Origin: Octopus sinensis
Lineage: Eukaryota
Assembly: GCF_006345805.1 (NCBI RefSeq)
Contig: NC_043008.1
Location: 6,076,001 to 6,140,000, forward strand
DNA length: 64,000 nt
Reading direction: 5' to 3'
The position numbers were made by a program, and so were the translations under genes. Positions within the stretch are counted from its first letter, which is position 1. Each line of letters starts with the position of its first letter. Of this stretch, positions 11,970 to 25,424 are shown in pieces. The notes beneath the pieces were generated by a model. The model was not told where the DNA came from and made no database searches. It worked only from the letters and a program-made list of their open reading frames with translations.

Positions 11970-12231
11970 CACAAATACATATATATATACACATATATAC
12001 ACATATATATATATACACATATATACATATATATATATACACAAATACATACATACACATATATACATATATATATATACACAAATACATACATACACAT
12101 ATATACATACACATATGTATGTGTATATGTATGAATAAAAAGAGGCAAGCAACAGGTTGCTTAGCCACATACCGAAAAATCAGAAATAGCAGTCAAAGAC
12201 TGTTTATTTCTATTTTCCGCAAATATGACTC

Positions 12232-12280
<49 letters not shown>
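11878..12280. repeat. (CA)n/(TA)n microsatellites
   Basis: Direct inspection. Confidence 0.95.
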
Positions 12281-12286
<6 letters not shown>

Positions 12287-12541
12287 GCATACATTTTTCC
12301 CTTGTTAACAATTAACACGGAAAAAATATTTTTCCTATTCTATAAGATTTTATTTAATATACATCTAGTCATATACTTCTCATTTATTTAGTTCTTTAAT
12401 TTATCCCTCCTCTTTCTATAGGCTACCTCTGACATTATATCATATAACGTTTTTTCAAACAATATTAATAGCATTCAGTTAGTCACTCTATATATCCATC
12501 ATTTTCTGTTAAAATGTCTTATTGACGAGTTTCATTTCTTC

Positions 12542-12628
12542 ACTTCCCTGAAGAGAAGTTTACATTGCTTTACAACATTTATACTTTGGAATAATATCAG
12601 TGAAATCTTTGAAACATGTGTCAGAAGT
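12542..12628 (+). ncRNA. Hammerhead ribozyme-like motif with long loop II, in a PLE-like remnant (~12380-12800)
   Basis: ACTTCC-CTGAAGA-GAAG..48 nt..CTTT-GAAA-CATGTG-TC-AGAAGT. Stem I has 5 of 6 pairs and helix III is near-palindromic. Confidence 0.6.
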
Positions 12629-12807
12629 AAAAGAATTTGAATTACACTTGCGTTAAACTCCATTTATTGATATATATATATATATATGCATGAATATACA
12701 TACATATATATAATTAAATAATAAGGATAGAAATTGATATTAATCAATTAAAATCAGTGGCTTAGTATATTTTAAAAAAACTGAAGATTAAAAATGTAAC
12801 ATAATTT

Positions 12808-12859
<52 letters not shown>

Positions 12860-13602
12860 GTTATGCATAAATACATTTATATATGATATCCATAAATAAA
12901 TATAGATGAAATCCAGATATTCCTCATATATGATACACTTAGTAGTTCTCAAGAGATTTAAATTTGAGCAGGTTTAGAAGTAGATGTAGGGATAAGCAAA
13001 TTAGACAGATCCCTATATTAAATACAGGAAATACAAAAAAATGTATATATGTATACATATAAAAAGGTCCAACTTACACAGAGTACAAATGATAAAGAGA
13101 AGTAACGGGGTGGTGGAAGAGTATTACAAATTCAGCAGCTGTTTCTGGGGGTTTGGTGGTCTGTATAGCCGAAAGAGCTTAGATCTAAGGACTCTCACTA
13201 CTGAAATTTTCAGTAGTTGTAAGCATATGGTTAAATTCTTGTTGACAAATTGAAAAGTGCCAACCACTTTGGATTGAATAACTGCACCACAAACTCTAAG
13301 TCATTATCTTTTCAGCCTTATAATTTACAGTCTAAGGGGAAATAACTTGAATTCTACACTTTAGCTTTTTTCTATCTTCTCTTTCATTTTCTTCAATCTT
13401 CCACCATTTATATCTACTTCTTTTGCACATTTCCTTGCTTTTTACCCCCATCTTATCATCTCATTTTTAGTTTGTTATACTATGTGGGCAGTGCCCAATG
13501 ATTGTGCTAGGACACCAGACATGTTAAAAAACATGGTGTGGCATGCTCTTAGCACATGAAACTAATAGTTGCACATAAAAACATACATTGTGTTCATTAA
13601 AT

Positions 13603-13665
<63 letters not shown>

Positions 13666-14959
13666 ACGGAACTGCTTATTTAGAGTGAAGTTGTCATATT
13701 GCAACAAAATTTAACAGTAGGTTTGAGATAATTGTGTATTGTCAATATGAGATGAAAGTAATCATTGACAACCTTAACTGAAATACAAGTTTGTTAGGAT
13801 TTGTCTCTAGATACTATGAGCCCCATTGATAGGGTATTCTTAGCCATTAATCCATAATTTTGGTTTCAATAAGTCTTTGCTGATAAACCACTTATAACTG
13901 ATAAATAAATATAATTTTAGGCAACTGTCTGAGAAGTTGACAATTCCTGTAATGTCAGCTGCCTTGTACTGCCCATGTGGCAAATCCATTTAACTTTTGA
14001 TAGTTCTGTCCACCATGTTAGTAAGTCGGTCTTGTTATAAAATATTGCTTACTGCTATGAGCAGCAGGAGTCTGGTCTGATCACTGATATCTTATTTGAG
14101 TTGCTAAGATATGCTTATATTCCTTATTACTTTAAAATCAGCTTTATGGATTAATGGCTTATTTAAAAAAAAGAGACACTTCATAAAATTCAACGGTTTC
14201 AAGAATACTTAGACATCTTATAACAGTCAGCAAGGCACAACAATAATATATACAAGCTTCTTTAATAATAATACACGAAAAGAGATAAAACGTCATTTAT
14301 AAAACTAAAAAGAAACTAAATCAATCAGAACAGAAGTGAAATTTAAAAAAAACATTTAAGCATTTTCAATAGAAATGTAAAACATGTTATGTCAAGTTCT
14401 AAGTTAAAATTTTTAACGAGTCTTCTATTGATCTTGCTTATATTATTTTGTTTAAATATACCAAGAGGTCTTTTAAATTCTAAAATCATAAATTGAAAAA
14501 AACAGTCAAACACAAACTGGCAGAAAAGAAATCTGACAAAATTCCAATTAAATCTTCTTTGTTAATTTGCTATATTAAAATGAATTCCATTTATAGCAGT
14601 GCAGAGAGTTGAACAATGTGTTCAGACTGCCATTGAAAACAAACCATTATTACTATTTTCAGAAACCAGTGACTGATTTTCTTAAGTAGGGAGACCTCCT
14701 AAAACAAACACACTGATAAGTGATTTAATGATTGAGACTAGATTCCTTCATTCAACATGCAACATGTCCTTGTGGTTCAATTCTATTGATATGATTTGTA
14801 TTTCAGTTTAGCTTGGAGTTAGGACGAAAGCCTGCTCTTTATTTGTAAATCTAAGTTCTATGGTGCTGGTTCCTGTTAATAAGTCATGTATGTAAATCTC
14901 TGTGAGTCTGTGCAAAAATTTACCATTCTTTGACTTGTTATATTTCGTGATTCTTTTTC

Positions 14960-15330
14960 TTTTTACTTGTTTCTGTCATTTGACTGTGGCTATGCTGGAG
15001 CACTGCCTTTAGTCGAACAAATCGACCCCAGGACTTATTCTTTGTAAGCCTAGTACTTATTATATTAGTCTCTTTTTGTTGAACTGCTAAGTTACAGGGA
15101 TGTAAACACACCAACATTGGTTGTCAACTGGTGGTGGGTGGGGACAAACACACACACATATATATGATGGGCTTCTTTCAGTTTCCATCTACCAAATCCA
15201 CTCACAAGGCTTTGTTCGGCTCATGGCTAAAGTAGAAGACACTTGCCCAAGGTGACTCACAGTGGGACTGAACCTGAAACCATGTGGTTGGTAATCAAGC
15301 AACTTACCACACAGCCACTCCTGTGCCTAT
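14960..15330 (-). mobile_element. Family 1 CORE-like SINE, near full length
   Basis: CAGTCATTTGACTGTGGC...ACTTACCACACAGCCACTCC. Confidence 0.9.
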
Positions 15331-15418
15331 ATGGTCATTTTTATTTTTGCCAAATAAATACATGCATTACATAACTCATTCTCCACTTCAGCTTTATTAT
15401 TATTATTTTTCTTATTTG

Positions 15419-15628
15419 AGTGTCTTTTGTCTGAAATCTTTTATCACACATCCTGTGATTTCTTCAGTGACCTGCTATCTCATGTGTCTCTCAACTGTCC
15501 TGTCTAGTCTATTCTGTGTTGTTCTATTAGTCCAGAATAGACTAAACAGGGCAGGAGGAGACATGTGGGACAGAGATTTGCTGACGAGGTCACAAGATGT
15601 GTGATGAAAGATTTCAGACAAAGACACT
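15419..15628. repeat. Foldback element: ~98-bp imperfect arms, 16-nt loop, HHR-like motif in each arm
   Basis: 15419-15516 is the reverse complement of 15533-15628. Confidence 0.85.
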
Positions 15629-17299
15629 AAAATAATAATATTAGTAATAACAATGATCACCCATCTTTTTGCCCAATATATCCTTCCATATTTCAATATG
15701 CACTTTTAGGGAAATCTGGCTATTATTTTTTAGTAGGTCAAGCGATCATATAGAAGCTCCCGTGTTAACTGATTCTGAAACCAAAATCTGAATCTGAGTG
15801 CTAGATATTTCCTTTCCTCTCCAAACCTGAGATTCCACTGACAGATAAGGACGTTGTTCTATTCTAGATCTCTCACTGATACGCTTCAATGCTTCTGTGT
15901 CATCAAAATGGATCTGTCAATAAATTGAGAAAAGACAAAATGCCAGTCTGCATGATTGGTCAGCTTCTGACATATTTCAATATTGGTTTGCTTTTCACTG
16001 AAATCTTAATTAATGAAAATAGCCATCGTTCACATTTGTCCTACTGAAAGAATCTAACAGTAAATACATCCATTATAATAACTGAAGAACTTATTTCAAT
16101 AAAACATATTTCCTATGTTATTAGAATAGCAAAACTAATGTGTGAAAATATAAGATAAGAAAACGTCTTTGAATGATTCTATGACAACTTGATAATAACT
16201 TTGGTAATGATTGATAATTCCATCTTAGAATGGAAAAGCAATATATGATTCATTTACTCATTTACTGGATGACTGACTGACAGCAAGGACAGTTCAGTCC
16301 AATACCATCATCAGTCCAACTTGTAAAAGATACTGATGCTGATGATAATGATGATGATGGCATTACAATTTTAGTATAGACGGTGTTTAATTTTCAAAAT
16401 GATAAATCAGTTTTATGGATGAAAGAGACAAATAATTTATTTATTGCCATCAATATAATTGCATTTAGTGAAAGATATATCCATTAACATGTATCACTGT
16501 TTCAGCTGAGGTGTGCAGGAATTTTATTTAAGAAATTAGCAGTGAAGAATAAGAAATAACTTGAGTTAACTTGGAATTAAGAAGCCGACAATATCAGGTT
16601 ATCTCATCTGGTATCATGGACAGGAAAGCAAAACAAGATTTGAAATATATTTTGTGCTATGATTTTACAAGCCATTTTATGATTCCATTTTTACTCCTCA
16701 GTTTCAGTTTGTGACATTTATTGATTCCTTGTCATTCCTGTTGTTTATTTGTTAATTAGAAAATGGTTTTTGAATCTTCAGCTTTGGTTTAATTTCACAA
16801 ATTTTTAACTGTTAAATGGTGTTATAAGATATTTCAAGCGTTATGCCATTGGAGGTTAGACTACTAAGTACTATGTCGGCAGAGTCAAATAAACTGTTTT
16901 TTTTAAAGGATGGATAATTCAGAAATATTTTTAATTTAATTAAAAATTTTGCTGAGAAGACAATCAGGAATTGCAGTTTCAACCTTGATTATAATAATAA
17001 TCAGAAGAAAGACAATCCTGATACCAGTTACAAGTAAATCCCATTGGATGGTACCTATGGGAAGTCACATGGTAAAACAATTGTCTTTGAATGACTCAGT
17101 CCAGTAACTTCAAATAACCAAACACTTTTGGTAATAAACAGGTATCTTCTAATCTCTTTCTCTATCCTCACTGCACTACTTATACTACTCCCACTGTTTC
17201 CTGTGGGCAGATCCCCCCCTCTCTCTTACTTTGACTGTTTCTCTATCTTTCTCTCCAACTCTCTCAGTTGCATTCCCTTTCTCAACTGAGAGGTACTTG

Positions 17300-17760
17300 T
17301 TTTGCAAGCTCCTGTGCTGGTACCACATAAAAAGCACCTGTGCTGGAGCCATGTAAAATGCCCCCTTGCTGGTGTCACGCAAAAAAGCACCCGAGCTGGT
17401 GCCACATAAAAACACTTGTGCTGGTACCATATAAAATCATTCTTGCTGGTGCCACATAAAAAGCACCTGTGCTGGTGCCACGTAAAACACAGCCGTGCCA
17501 GTGCCTCATGAAGAGCACCTGTGCTGGTGCCATGTGAAAAGCACCTGCCATGGTTCCACATATAAATCACTGGTGCTGGTGCCTTGTAAAAAAGCACCGA
17601 ATACACTCTGTAATGCGGCTGCTATTAGGAAGGGCATCCAAGTGTGAAAGCCCTGCCAAAACAGACATTTGAGGAGCCTGGTGCAACTCTCCAGCTTGTC
17701 AGCTCCTGTCAAACCATCCAACCCATGCCAGCATGGAAAATGGATGATGATGATGATGTT
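17300..17760 (+). mobile_element. Family 3 SINE with expanded ~26-bp internal tandem array
   Basis: About 11 degenerate units of GTGCTGGTGCCACATAAAAAGCACCT (17310-17600), then the normal body and (GAT)n tail. Confidence 0.85.
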
Positions 17761-18479
17761 GGAAAATATCACCTAACACATATTACTTTAGTTATTGATA
17801 AATTAAGTTACAAAAAAAAAAAATGGATAGTCCCTTAGAAATACCCACTCAAAAGTAAATACCGAAACAACAAACAACAGCAACAACAATTAAAACATAC
17901 AAAAATAAGAGTTAAATTATTCTTTAATCCTTACCGAAAGCATTTCCTTAAAGATATAAATGATGTAAAGGGAAAAAAAAAGAGAGAGAGAGACAAATAC
18001 TACAGTAATATAATAAAAATGAATAGCATAGAAACCGTCTTTGAATATTTTGAACCAAATACTTTTATCAAGAATTAGGTGAAAATAAGTGGAAATCAAA
18101 GAAACGCCAATAGCAAAAGAAACTGAGAAATTCTTGAGTAGAGAATACAATAGACAACATTGAGGCAAACAATAAAAGAAGCACCTGAAGAAAAAGTAAG
18201 GGAGGCCATAGCAAAAAGTAGACTAGACACAATAGTAAAGAAAACAATGGGAAGATATGAGGATGAGAGGAAAACTTAGAGTTAAAATATTTAATAGGGA
18301 CGTATAAGGTTTAATAAGATTGTAAAAGAACCAGAGACAACACCTACCTAGCTTGCTGAGGAAAGAAGAACCATTTTCTTGTCCTAAATTAAAGAAAGAG
18401 GAAACCTTGAAGTCTACAGATTACATGATCTGTCTTTTTGTACAGCTTTAACTGTATTAATATCTCTGAGAATGAGAAA

Positions 18480-18700
18480 ATGGCCCCGTTGTGGGATAAA
18501 ACAACCCACACAGACAGGGAGAGCAAAATTAATTAGTTAAATAATTTTGTCAAGAACCAACAGGAAACGATAATTGCTTCCTAATCAAAGTATCTGCCTC
18601 GACAGATAATAATGTAGAATAGAAAGGCAGAAGTTATCTAAATATGAAGATCTGGAATAAAAGACGACTGTAATGGTTACAAGGGGACTGAAATGAGAAA
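18480..18700 (+). pseudogene. Restriction-like-endonuclease (R4/NeSL-type) LINE C-terminal fragment
   Basis: Frameshifted LWDKTTHTDRE and KLSKYEDLE segments match the LWD..I.TD....NRPD...EK..KY.DL pattern. The decayed element may extend left to ~18040. Confidence 0.55.
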
Positions 18701-18774
18701 CAAGTGTCACGATGAGGGGCCACTCGGAGAATGCTTAAAAACAGAGGAATATACAACAAAATCACCAAGATTTA

Positions 18775-19004
18775 TATTCTTTTATTCTTTTATTTGTTTC
18801 AGTCATTTGACTGTGGCCATGCTGGAACACCAACTTTAGTCGAGCAAATTGACCCCAGGATTTATTCTTTGTAAGCCTAGTACTTATTTTATTGGTCTCA
18901 CTTGCTGAACCGCTAAGTGACAGGGACGTAAACACACCAGCATTGGTTGTCTAGCGATGTTGGGGAGACAAACACAGACACACAAACATATACATACATA
19001 TATG

Positions 19005-19036
<32 letters not shown>

Positions 19037-19192
19037 CTTCTTCTTTCAGTTTCTGTCTATCAAATCCACTCACAAAGCTTTGGTTGGGCCTGAGACTATA
19101 GTAGAAGACAGTTGCCTAGGGTGCCATGCAGTGGGACTGAACCTGGAACTATGTGGTTGGTAAGCAAGCTACTTACCACACAGCCACTCCAG
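18775..19192 (-). mobile_element. Family 1 SINE, full length
   Basis: Same motifs as 14960-15330. Confidence 0.9.
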
Positions 19193-20949
19193 CGCAATTT
19201 GCAGAAAATAGCATGACTAAGCACTGAATAGTTTCAAGTCGAAAGTCCAACTCCACAACAAAATACTGCATGAAGTGCACAGAGCTGCACTAAATAGTGC
19301 AGTGAATGCATGCTGTTAAGATAATGATGTAGATAAATATAAGGGCCAAAGTAGTCTTGTTTATCTTTATGAATCAATGTTATTTACAAACTGTTTCATT
19401 TTTTATTGCAATACCTGGCGTCCACAAGTAACTGGCAAAACCTAATGGCTTGGCAGACTCTACACAAAATAGATTTTGAACTGTTAATTCTAGTGAGGTT
19501 CAGCTATAAACAGCAAGAAACAGTACCTTCTTATGTTGCCTGTTGACCAATCAGATAGAATAAATCAACTCTAGTTAAGTCACTGAAGGGATATTCTATT
19601 AAGTGTGTAGGGTTTTGACTCTATTTTGTAAAATATGAAACAAGATAGAATAAACTTTGAGTTTAAACTGAGGTTTAAAGTGGATTTTGAGATGTTTAAT
19701 TCTGATTTCCAGTTATTTGGGAAAACATCGTTTCAACCATGAAACTATCTCAGCAGATCAAGTTGGTATGGTAACAAGTTGTGTATTATATATTTTAATT
19801 TGATTTGTGTTTCATTAAAGACAATGTCTTTTTTTTTATAGTAAAGAAATTGGATATATACTGATATTAGAAGAAAGAAAGCAGCCAATACCATTATATA
19901 TATGAATCAATTGAGATTTCATTGTGTCATTGCAATGTTCCATAGAACTAAATATATAATAATGAACAAATAATACCATTTAAAGATCTGACACAAGAAG
20001 AGATATAAGTATATAAATGTGAAAAACTCTCACTATGCAAATCAATTATTAATGAAATCAGAGTGAAAATGTATTTTAAATTGTTTTAATTCTTTTTCAA
20101 CAAGAAATTCTGATCTAAATTTTCAATTCATGAGACAAATGACTGATGGTTTCTTTAAAATGGCTCAAAATCCACAGCAAAAAGCAATAATGTTACACTA
20201 TTTCCCATACTTCTGTGGTCAGGCCAGTTTATTGAGAGAGAAAAAATACAATTGACCAATACGTAGTTATATAAAATGAAGAAAATACCCATAAATAAAA
20301 GTGTATTAGTTTTTGATAGCTGTTTTCACTTTCTGAATTTACTTGCCAAATTGATCAGTCATGTGTCTTGCTTTCTAGTGAAGCAGTTAGTGTATTGATT
20401 TCACAGTTGGTATCTCCAGTAACCGAAGAAATTTAGTGAACCATAGGGAAGAAAATAATGCTGATTGGACAATGTACTTTTAAATTTTCTCTGCCACATC
20501 TTCTAAGAATACAGTTATATTCTATGTTGGCAAGAGTCAATGTAGAAACATTAGGGCGACAGAAAATATGTCAATCACTGTTAAAGATGCTATCAATCTC
20601 GCAGCAAATATGAAAGCAAGTTCGCTGTTTCTGTTGTACACATCGTGTTTTTGTTGGTATTTTCTTCTTGTGTACGGTAGGTGTGAGCGAGGGGGATGGA
20701 TAATGTATTTCATGAAATCAATACTCAGGATGTTATGGCAAATCTTTCCATTAAGGTTCAACTTTCTGCAAATAATGGTGATTGCGTTTTACCTCTTCCA
20801 GTCCTAATGAAACAACCAATCAATTAATTGATAAGGATTTTAATTTCGGCAATGTCAGCACATTTCTTTCATTTTGTTGTGGCATGAGTGTGTCTATGTA
20901 CATATGTATCTGCCAATACACACACACACGTACACACGCACATTCTTGT

Positions 20950-21345
20950 GTTCCTTTATTTGTTTCGGTCATTTGATTGTGACCATGCTGGAGCACTGCG
21001 TTTTGTTGAACAAATCGCCCCCCACCCCCGACTTATTCTTTGTAAGCCTAGTACTTTTTCTATCGGTCTCTTTTGCCGAACTGCTAAGTTAGGGGGACAT
21101 AAACACACCACCATCAGTTGTCAAGCGATGGTGGGGGAACAAACACAGTAACACAAAAACAACCACCCACCCACCCACACACACGACGGGCTTCCTTCAG
21201 TTTCCGTTCATCAAATCCACTCACAAGGCTTTGGTTGGCCCAAGGCTATAGTACAAGACACTTGCCCGAGGTGCCATGTGGTGGGACTGAACCCAGAACC
21301 ATGTGGTTGGTAAGCAAGCTACTTACCACATAACCACTCATGCAC
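20950..21345 (-). mobile_element. Family 1 SINE
   Basis: Same motifs as 14960-15330. Confidence 0.9.
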
Positions 21346-21355
21346 CTATATATAT

Positions 21356-21425
21356 CAGGTCACCTGGAATTGAACTTGGAATCTTGGGGTTAATAGCCCA
21401 TGCTCTTAATCACTATGCCATATGC
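21356..21425 (-). mobile_element. Isolated tRNA-like head of the HHR-SINE
   Basis: CAGGTCACCTGGAATTGAACTTGGAATCTTGGGGTTAATAGCCCATGCTCTTAATCACTATGCCATATGC matches the heads at 5640-5706 and 28313-28387. Confidence 0.8.
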
Positions 21426-23659
21426 ATAGTGATTCATGGGGAGCTGCTGGTCTCCTATAAACAACCTTGCCTGGACTTGTGCCTTAGAAGGGAACTTCCT
21501 AGGTGCAATCTCCTGGTCATTCATGACTGAAGGGGTCTTTACCTTTTTTACTACCTTCACATCATGCCATGGGAAGTTGGATCTTCTTCATTGCTATGTA
21601 TCTTGCATCACTTCTTTCTGGCCTTTCCAAATATTCTGCATTCAAGCCCCATGTCTTACTACCATGCTGTAGTCTGAACACAAGCATCATACAATCTACT
21701 CTTCACTTGGAAGGAAAAGGCCTTTGTAAACCAGTAAAGGTAATAGCTACACGAACCTTTTCTACTCTATGCATGCCCTGGTTGTTATACTTTTGGAACA
21801 GCTACCTAGAAATCAGCCCTAGAATTAAGACTGAACTTAGAGTACTGAGGGTCGGAAAAAATTCAGCTCCCAAATCACACTGCCTCTACACACACACACA
21901 CACACAAAATATGTATATAGAAACTATTTTGAGACAGTGTGTGTGAGCAAAACTTGCAATACACTTACTCTCTGACACAGTTTAGCAGGAATTTTATCCA
22001 ATTTGCAAAAAATCTTGGGAGATGAAAAAAAAATTTTATTTATATTATGGTAGAAAATGAACCATTTAACATTATGCCAGTATGTATAAGCATCTTGCCA
22101 ACATATCTGATTAGTTTTATTCCTTACAAATAAGAATATCTAAATTATATTGGTGTTACAAGTAAGCTTTATAGATAATTAAAATACTTTACATTTGATG
22201 CTTGTTATATAAGTTATGCTAGCTACTTGATACATACTTAATTATCAAGATAAAGTGATGGAGAGCCGTGGGAGCAGTGGGGGTGGGGAAAAAATAACAA
22301 GAACAACAACAAGAGAAAAACAAATAAACAAAGAAGACTTGTGAATCAATGCAGAATTTCAAATCTGTGTTGAAGTATTTGGCAACAAATAGAGTTTTGT
22401 AGAATCCATTAATTGGAATGGCAGGTAATAGCTCAGCAGTGAATGAAACTTGTGGAAATCCGATTAGAATAGAAGTGAAAAAGGAACGGTTAGCAAGAAA
22501 ATGGAAATAAAATAAAGTAGAAAAAGCGAAGCAGCACTGAAATATATTTATTTGAATATTTTGCCAAATGGACTTTCAGTCAGTCTGGCTGTTGCAAGAC
22601 ATTTAAAGCCTCATTTTAGTTAGGTCACGTACAAAAATTATATCTTTCAGCTGGCTTAAAAAGAAGAAAAACCAAGAAAAGAAAATAACGATCAAAAGTA
22701 ATCAAGCTATTGCAGCAACACTCATTAAGAATGAAAACTAATATTAATGAAAGTAAATAACAAATGCAGGCAGAAAATATAGTCTGAGCTGAGCTTTAAA
22801 GAATAATCTCATCGCTCTTGATTGACAAGACAAAATTTAATAGGATTCTTGAGCAGAATAATTAAATCCGGGGCTGCGGAATGATTCTCTTTGGATTTTA
22901 TTCGGAACCAGCCAAATGTTTCTTTGTCATCTTTACTAATAGAATAGTATTTCTTGAATAACAATTCTTGTCAGTTATGGCTTAAACATTCTAGCCATTA
23001 TAGATCCTATATTATGTATATGTGTATATATGTGTGTGTGTGTGAAGTCTAATAGTTCCTACTAAGTTTCCTGAGTTGTATTTAAAACTTACTCAATGAG
23101 AGTCGAACTGTACCTTCTTAATAGCGAGGCTAGTGTTAATGGGGGTCCTTAATGTTACAAAATAACATTAACTCATGTTGTGGAAGTTTTATGGGGCTCA
23201 TTTATTTCCTGGCAAGTTTGGTGTGACTGATTTCATGGCAGGTGTTACAATAATAATAATAATAATAATAATGATAATAATAATAATGATAATAATAATA
23301 ATGGTGTCTAATTTAGTTGCAAGGCCAGTAATTCTGAAGGCAGGCATCAGTGGAATTAAATCGACCTTAGAACTAAGACTCATACTTCATTTTATTAATC
23401 CTAGAAATATGCCACTCAGCTATTTCTCAGTCTACAAATGCATGCTTATAACAGGCATTTTCACATGGGCCATATATGTCACTCTTATCCATCTTCTGCA
23501 AAAAATCACTGGAGGATGGGTGAAAGCACCTCTGACTACACTCTCACCTTTCTTTGCAAGTAAAACTTAAAACAGTTGATGAGGGTTCAACCGGCCAAAG
23601 AGGAAAGTGTCTGTCTTCAAGTCTTTACAATCATGTCCATTACACAATCTCTTTCACTG

Positions 23660-23925
23660 TAGCCGTGCCGGTGGCACGTAAAAAGCACAAACCGATCATG
23701 GCTGTTGCCAGCCTCGCCTGGCACCTGTGCTGGTGGCACGTAAAAAGCACCCACTACACTCACGGAGTGGTTGGCATTAGGAAAGGCATCCAGCTGTAGA
23801 AACACTGCCAGATCAAACTGGAGCCTGGTGCAGCCTTCTGGCTTCCCAGACCCTGGTTGAACCATCCAACCCATGCTAGCATGGTAAACGGACGTTAAAC
23901 GATGATGATGATGATGATGATGATG
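23660..23925 (+). mobile_element. Family 3 SINE
   Basis: Family motifs and (GAT)n tail. Confidence 0.9.
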
Positions 23926-24429
23926 TAGCCAGTGGGAAACTGCTTACTGTTGCTGACCAAGGAAAAGTGGAGATTTGATTTTCATAAGTGATGGGGTTAA
24001 TAGCCATATCTATCCAACATACACCAACAACTACTGGACAAAACTCTACAGATCAGCATTGCTTGGACACTGAATAAGGGCATGCAGAATGATTTCATTG
24101 CTCTGCATGGATATTGACTACATTTGGCTAATTGATAGCACTTCCATATCTGTAGAGTTTGTTTCAAACCAGCACTGCTCCACCCTACTAGTACTGCAGG
24201 AGGTTTTTGGAAGTTATCTACATCTGGGTGTTTTTTACATTGCACCCAGCGCTTTTTATGTGGCACCATCACTGCTGATATTTGGGGTTACATTCTATGC
24301 CTTGACCTGAGAATAGGATGGGGTTCACCTCTTTGAGCTGGGAAATGAATGGAATGTCTGGTGTGTGTCTTGCTGTGGCTACCCACCTCCTAAAAAAAAA
24401 TGGGGAATAGGCCAGGGTATATGTATGTA

Positions 24430-24725
24430 TGAAACTATTAATAGCACTTAAAGACATGTATTGTGTCCTTTAAATAATACACACGCACACATATACATAA
24501 TCCAAACATGAACAAAGAGAAAACACAACAACGCAAGGATGTGGAACAAGTATAGTGTTATTGGACGCTCAGGAAAGGAAAGAAAGAAAGGAGAATTTAA
24601 TGTTTCGAGCAGAGCTCTTCGTGAGAAACATAGAAAAAGGAAAGATCCAAGGAAGGGAAGACAGAGAAAGAAAATCGGCAATGATACACACACAATCACA
24701 TATTGAAATCATATATATATATATA
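24430..24725 (-). mobile_element. PLE-like pseudo-LTR fragment with degenerate HHR (24596-24628)
   Basis: Minus: TTT-CTCACGA-A-GAGC(TCT)GCTC-GAAA-CA-TT-AAA, then CCTGAGCGT as in 1531-1742. Abuts (TA)n. Confidence 0.6.
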
Positions 24726-25424
24726 TCTTTTGTGTTACTTCTAGCTGGTGATATTTATGTACTGTAACAGGAGCAGTTCACCAAATAAACATTGATTAAG
24801 CAAGCAACAGACTTAAAAATAAGTCCTGGGGGCTAATGTTTAGCAAGGCTCGAAGAATATTGGTTACTGGATTGTAGCCCCAACATGACAATAATCCAAT
24901 AACAAACTAAATGATAGAATATATATATATACACCATTTTCAATTTAACATATTTATTTACCAAATATATGTTTTATGAATTATATAAATAAACTAAACG
25001 TTGTATCTACAATAGATGACGCCTTTGATTTCTTCCCATAGTTTACCAATTTTATGAATAATCTAAACTGTACGTCTTCCATTTGGTTCAATAGCGACAG
25101 CGTAACATACACAGACAGAAACAGAACAACTTCACAGACAAATAAATTTGAAATGTTTACTTTGGCAAACAATAATTAATTGCACCAAACCAAATGTGTT
25201 AAGTAATTGACAATTTGATCAATCACTTAACAACACATGTGGTCTGGAATTTGGAAAAGTGTTGGCAGATGCATAATTACTGGGTGGCTGCCGAGTAGGA
25301 TGTAACCAAACTATTTCTGTCACCTTCTTCTTATTACCACGGGAATGGTCATGTAAGCAATTTCTATGCCTGTCTTGCAATGGTACCCAAAATAAAGACC
25401 GCAACCATTGTATTGTATACTCTT

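Noticed and set aside
13120-13217. Minus-strand GAAACAGCTG palindrome plus a 21-bp palindrome at 13197-13217
   Set aside because: May be a very decayed PLE HHR, but the CUGANGA core and UH are absent.
17310-17600. CRISPR-like array of ~26-bp repeats
   Set aside because: The units are directly adjacent without unique spacers, derive from a SINE, and lie in eukaryotic DNA.
25219-25373. Phase-1 terminal exon candidate DRHRNCLHD...LLSD*
   Set aside because: Only a weak AAG acceptor and no recognisable protein feature.
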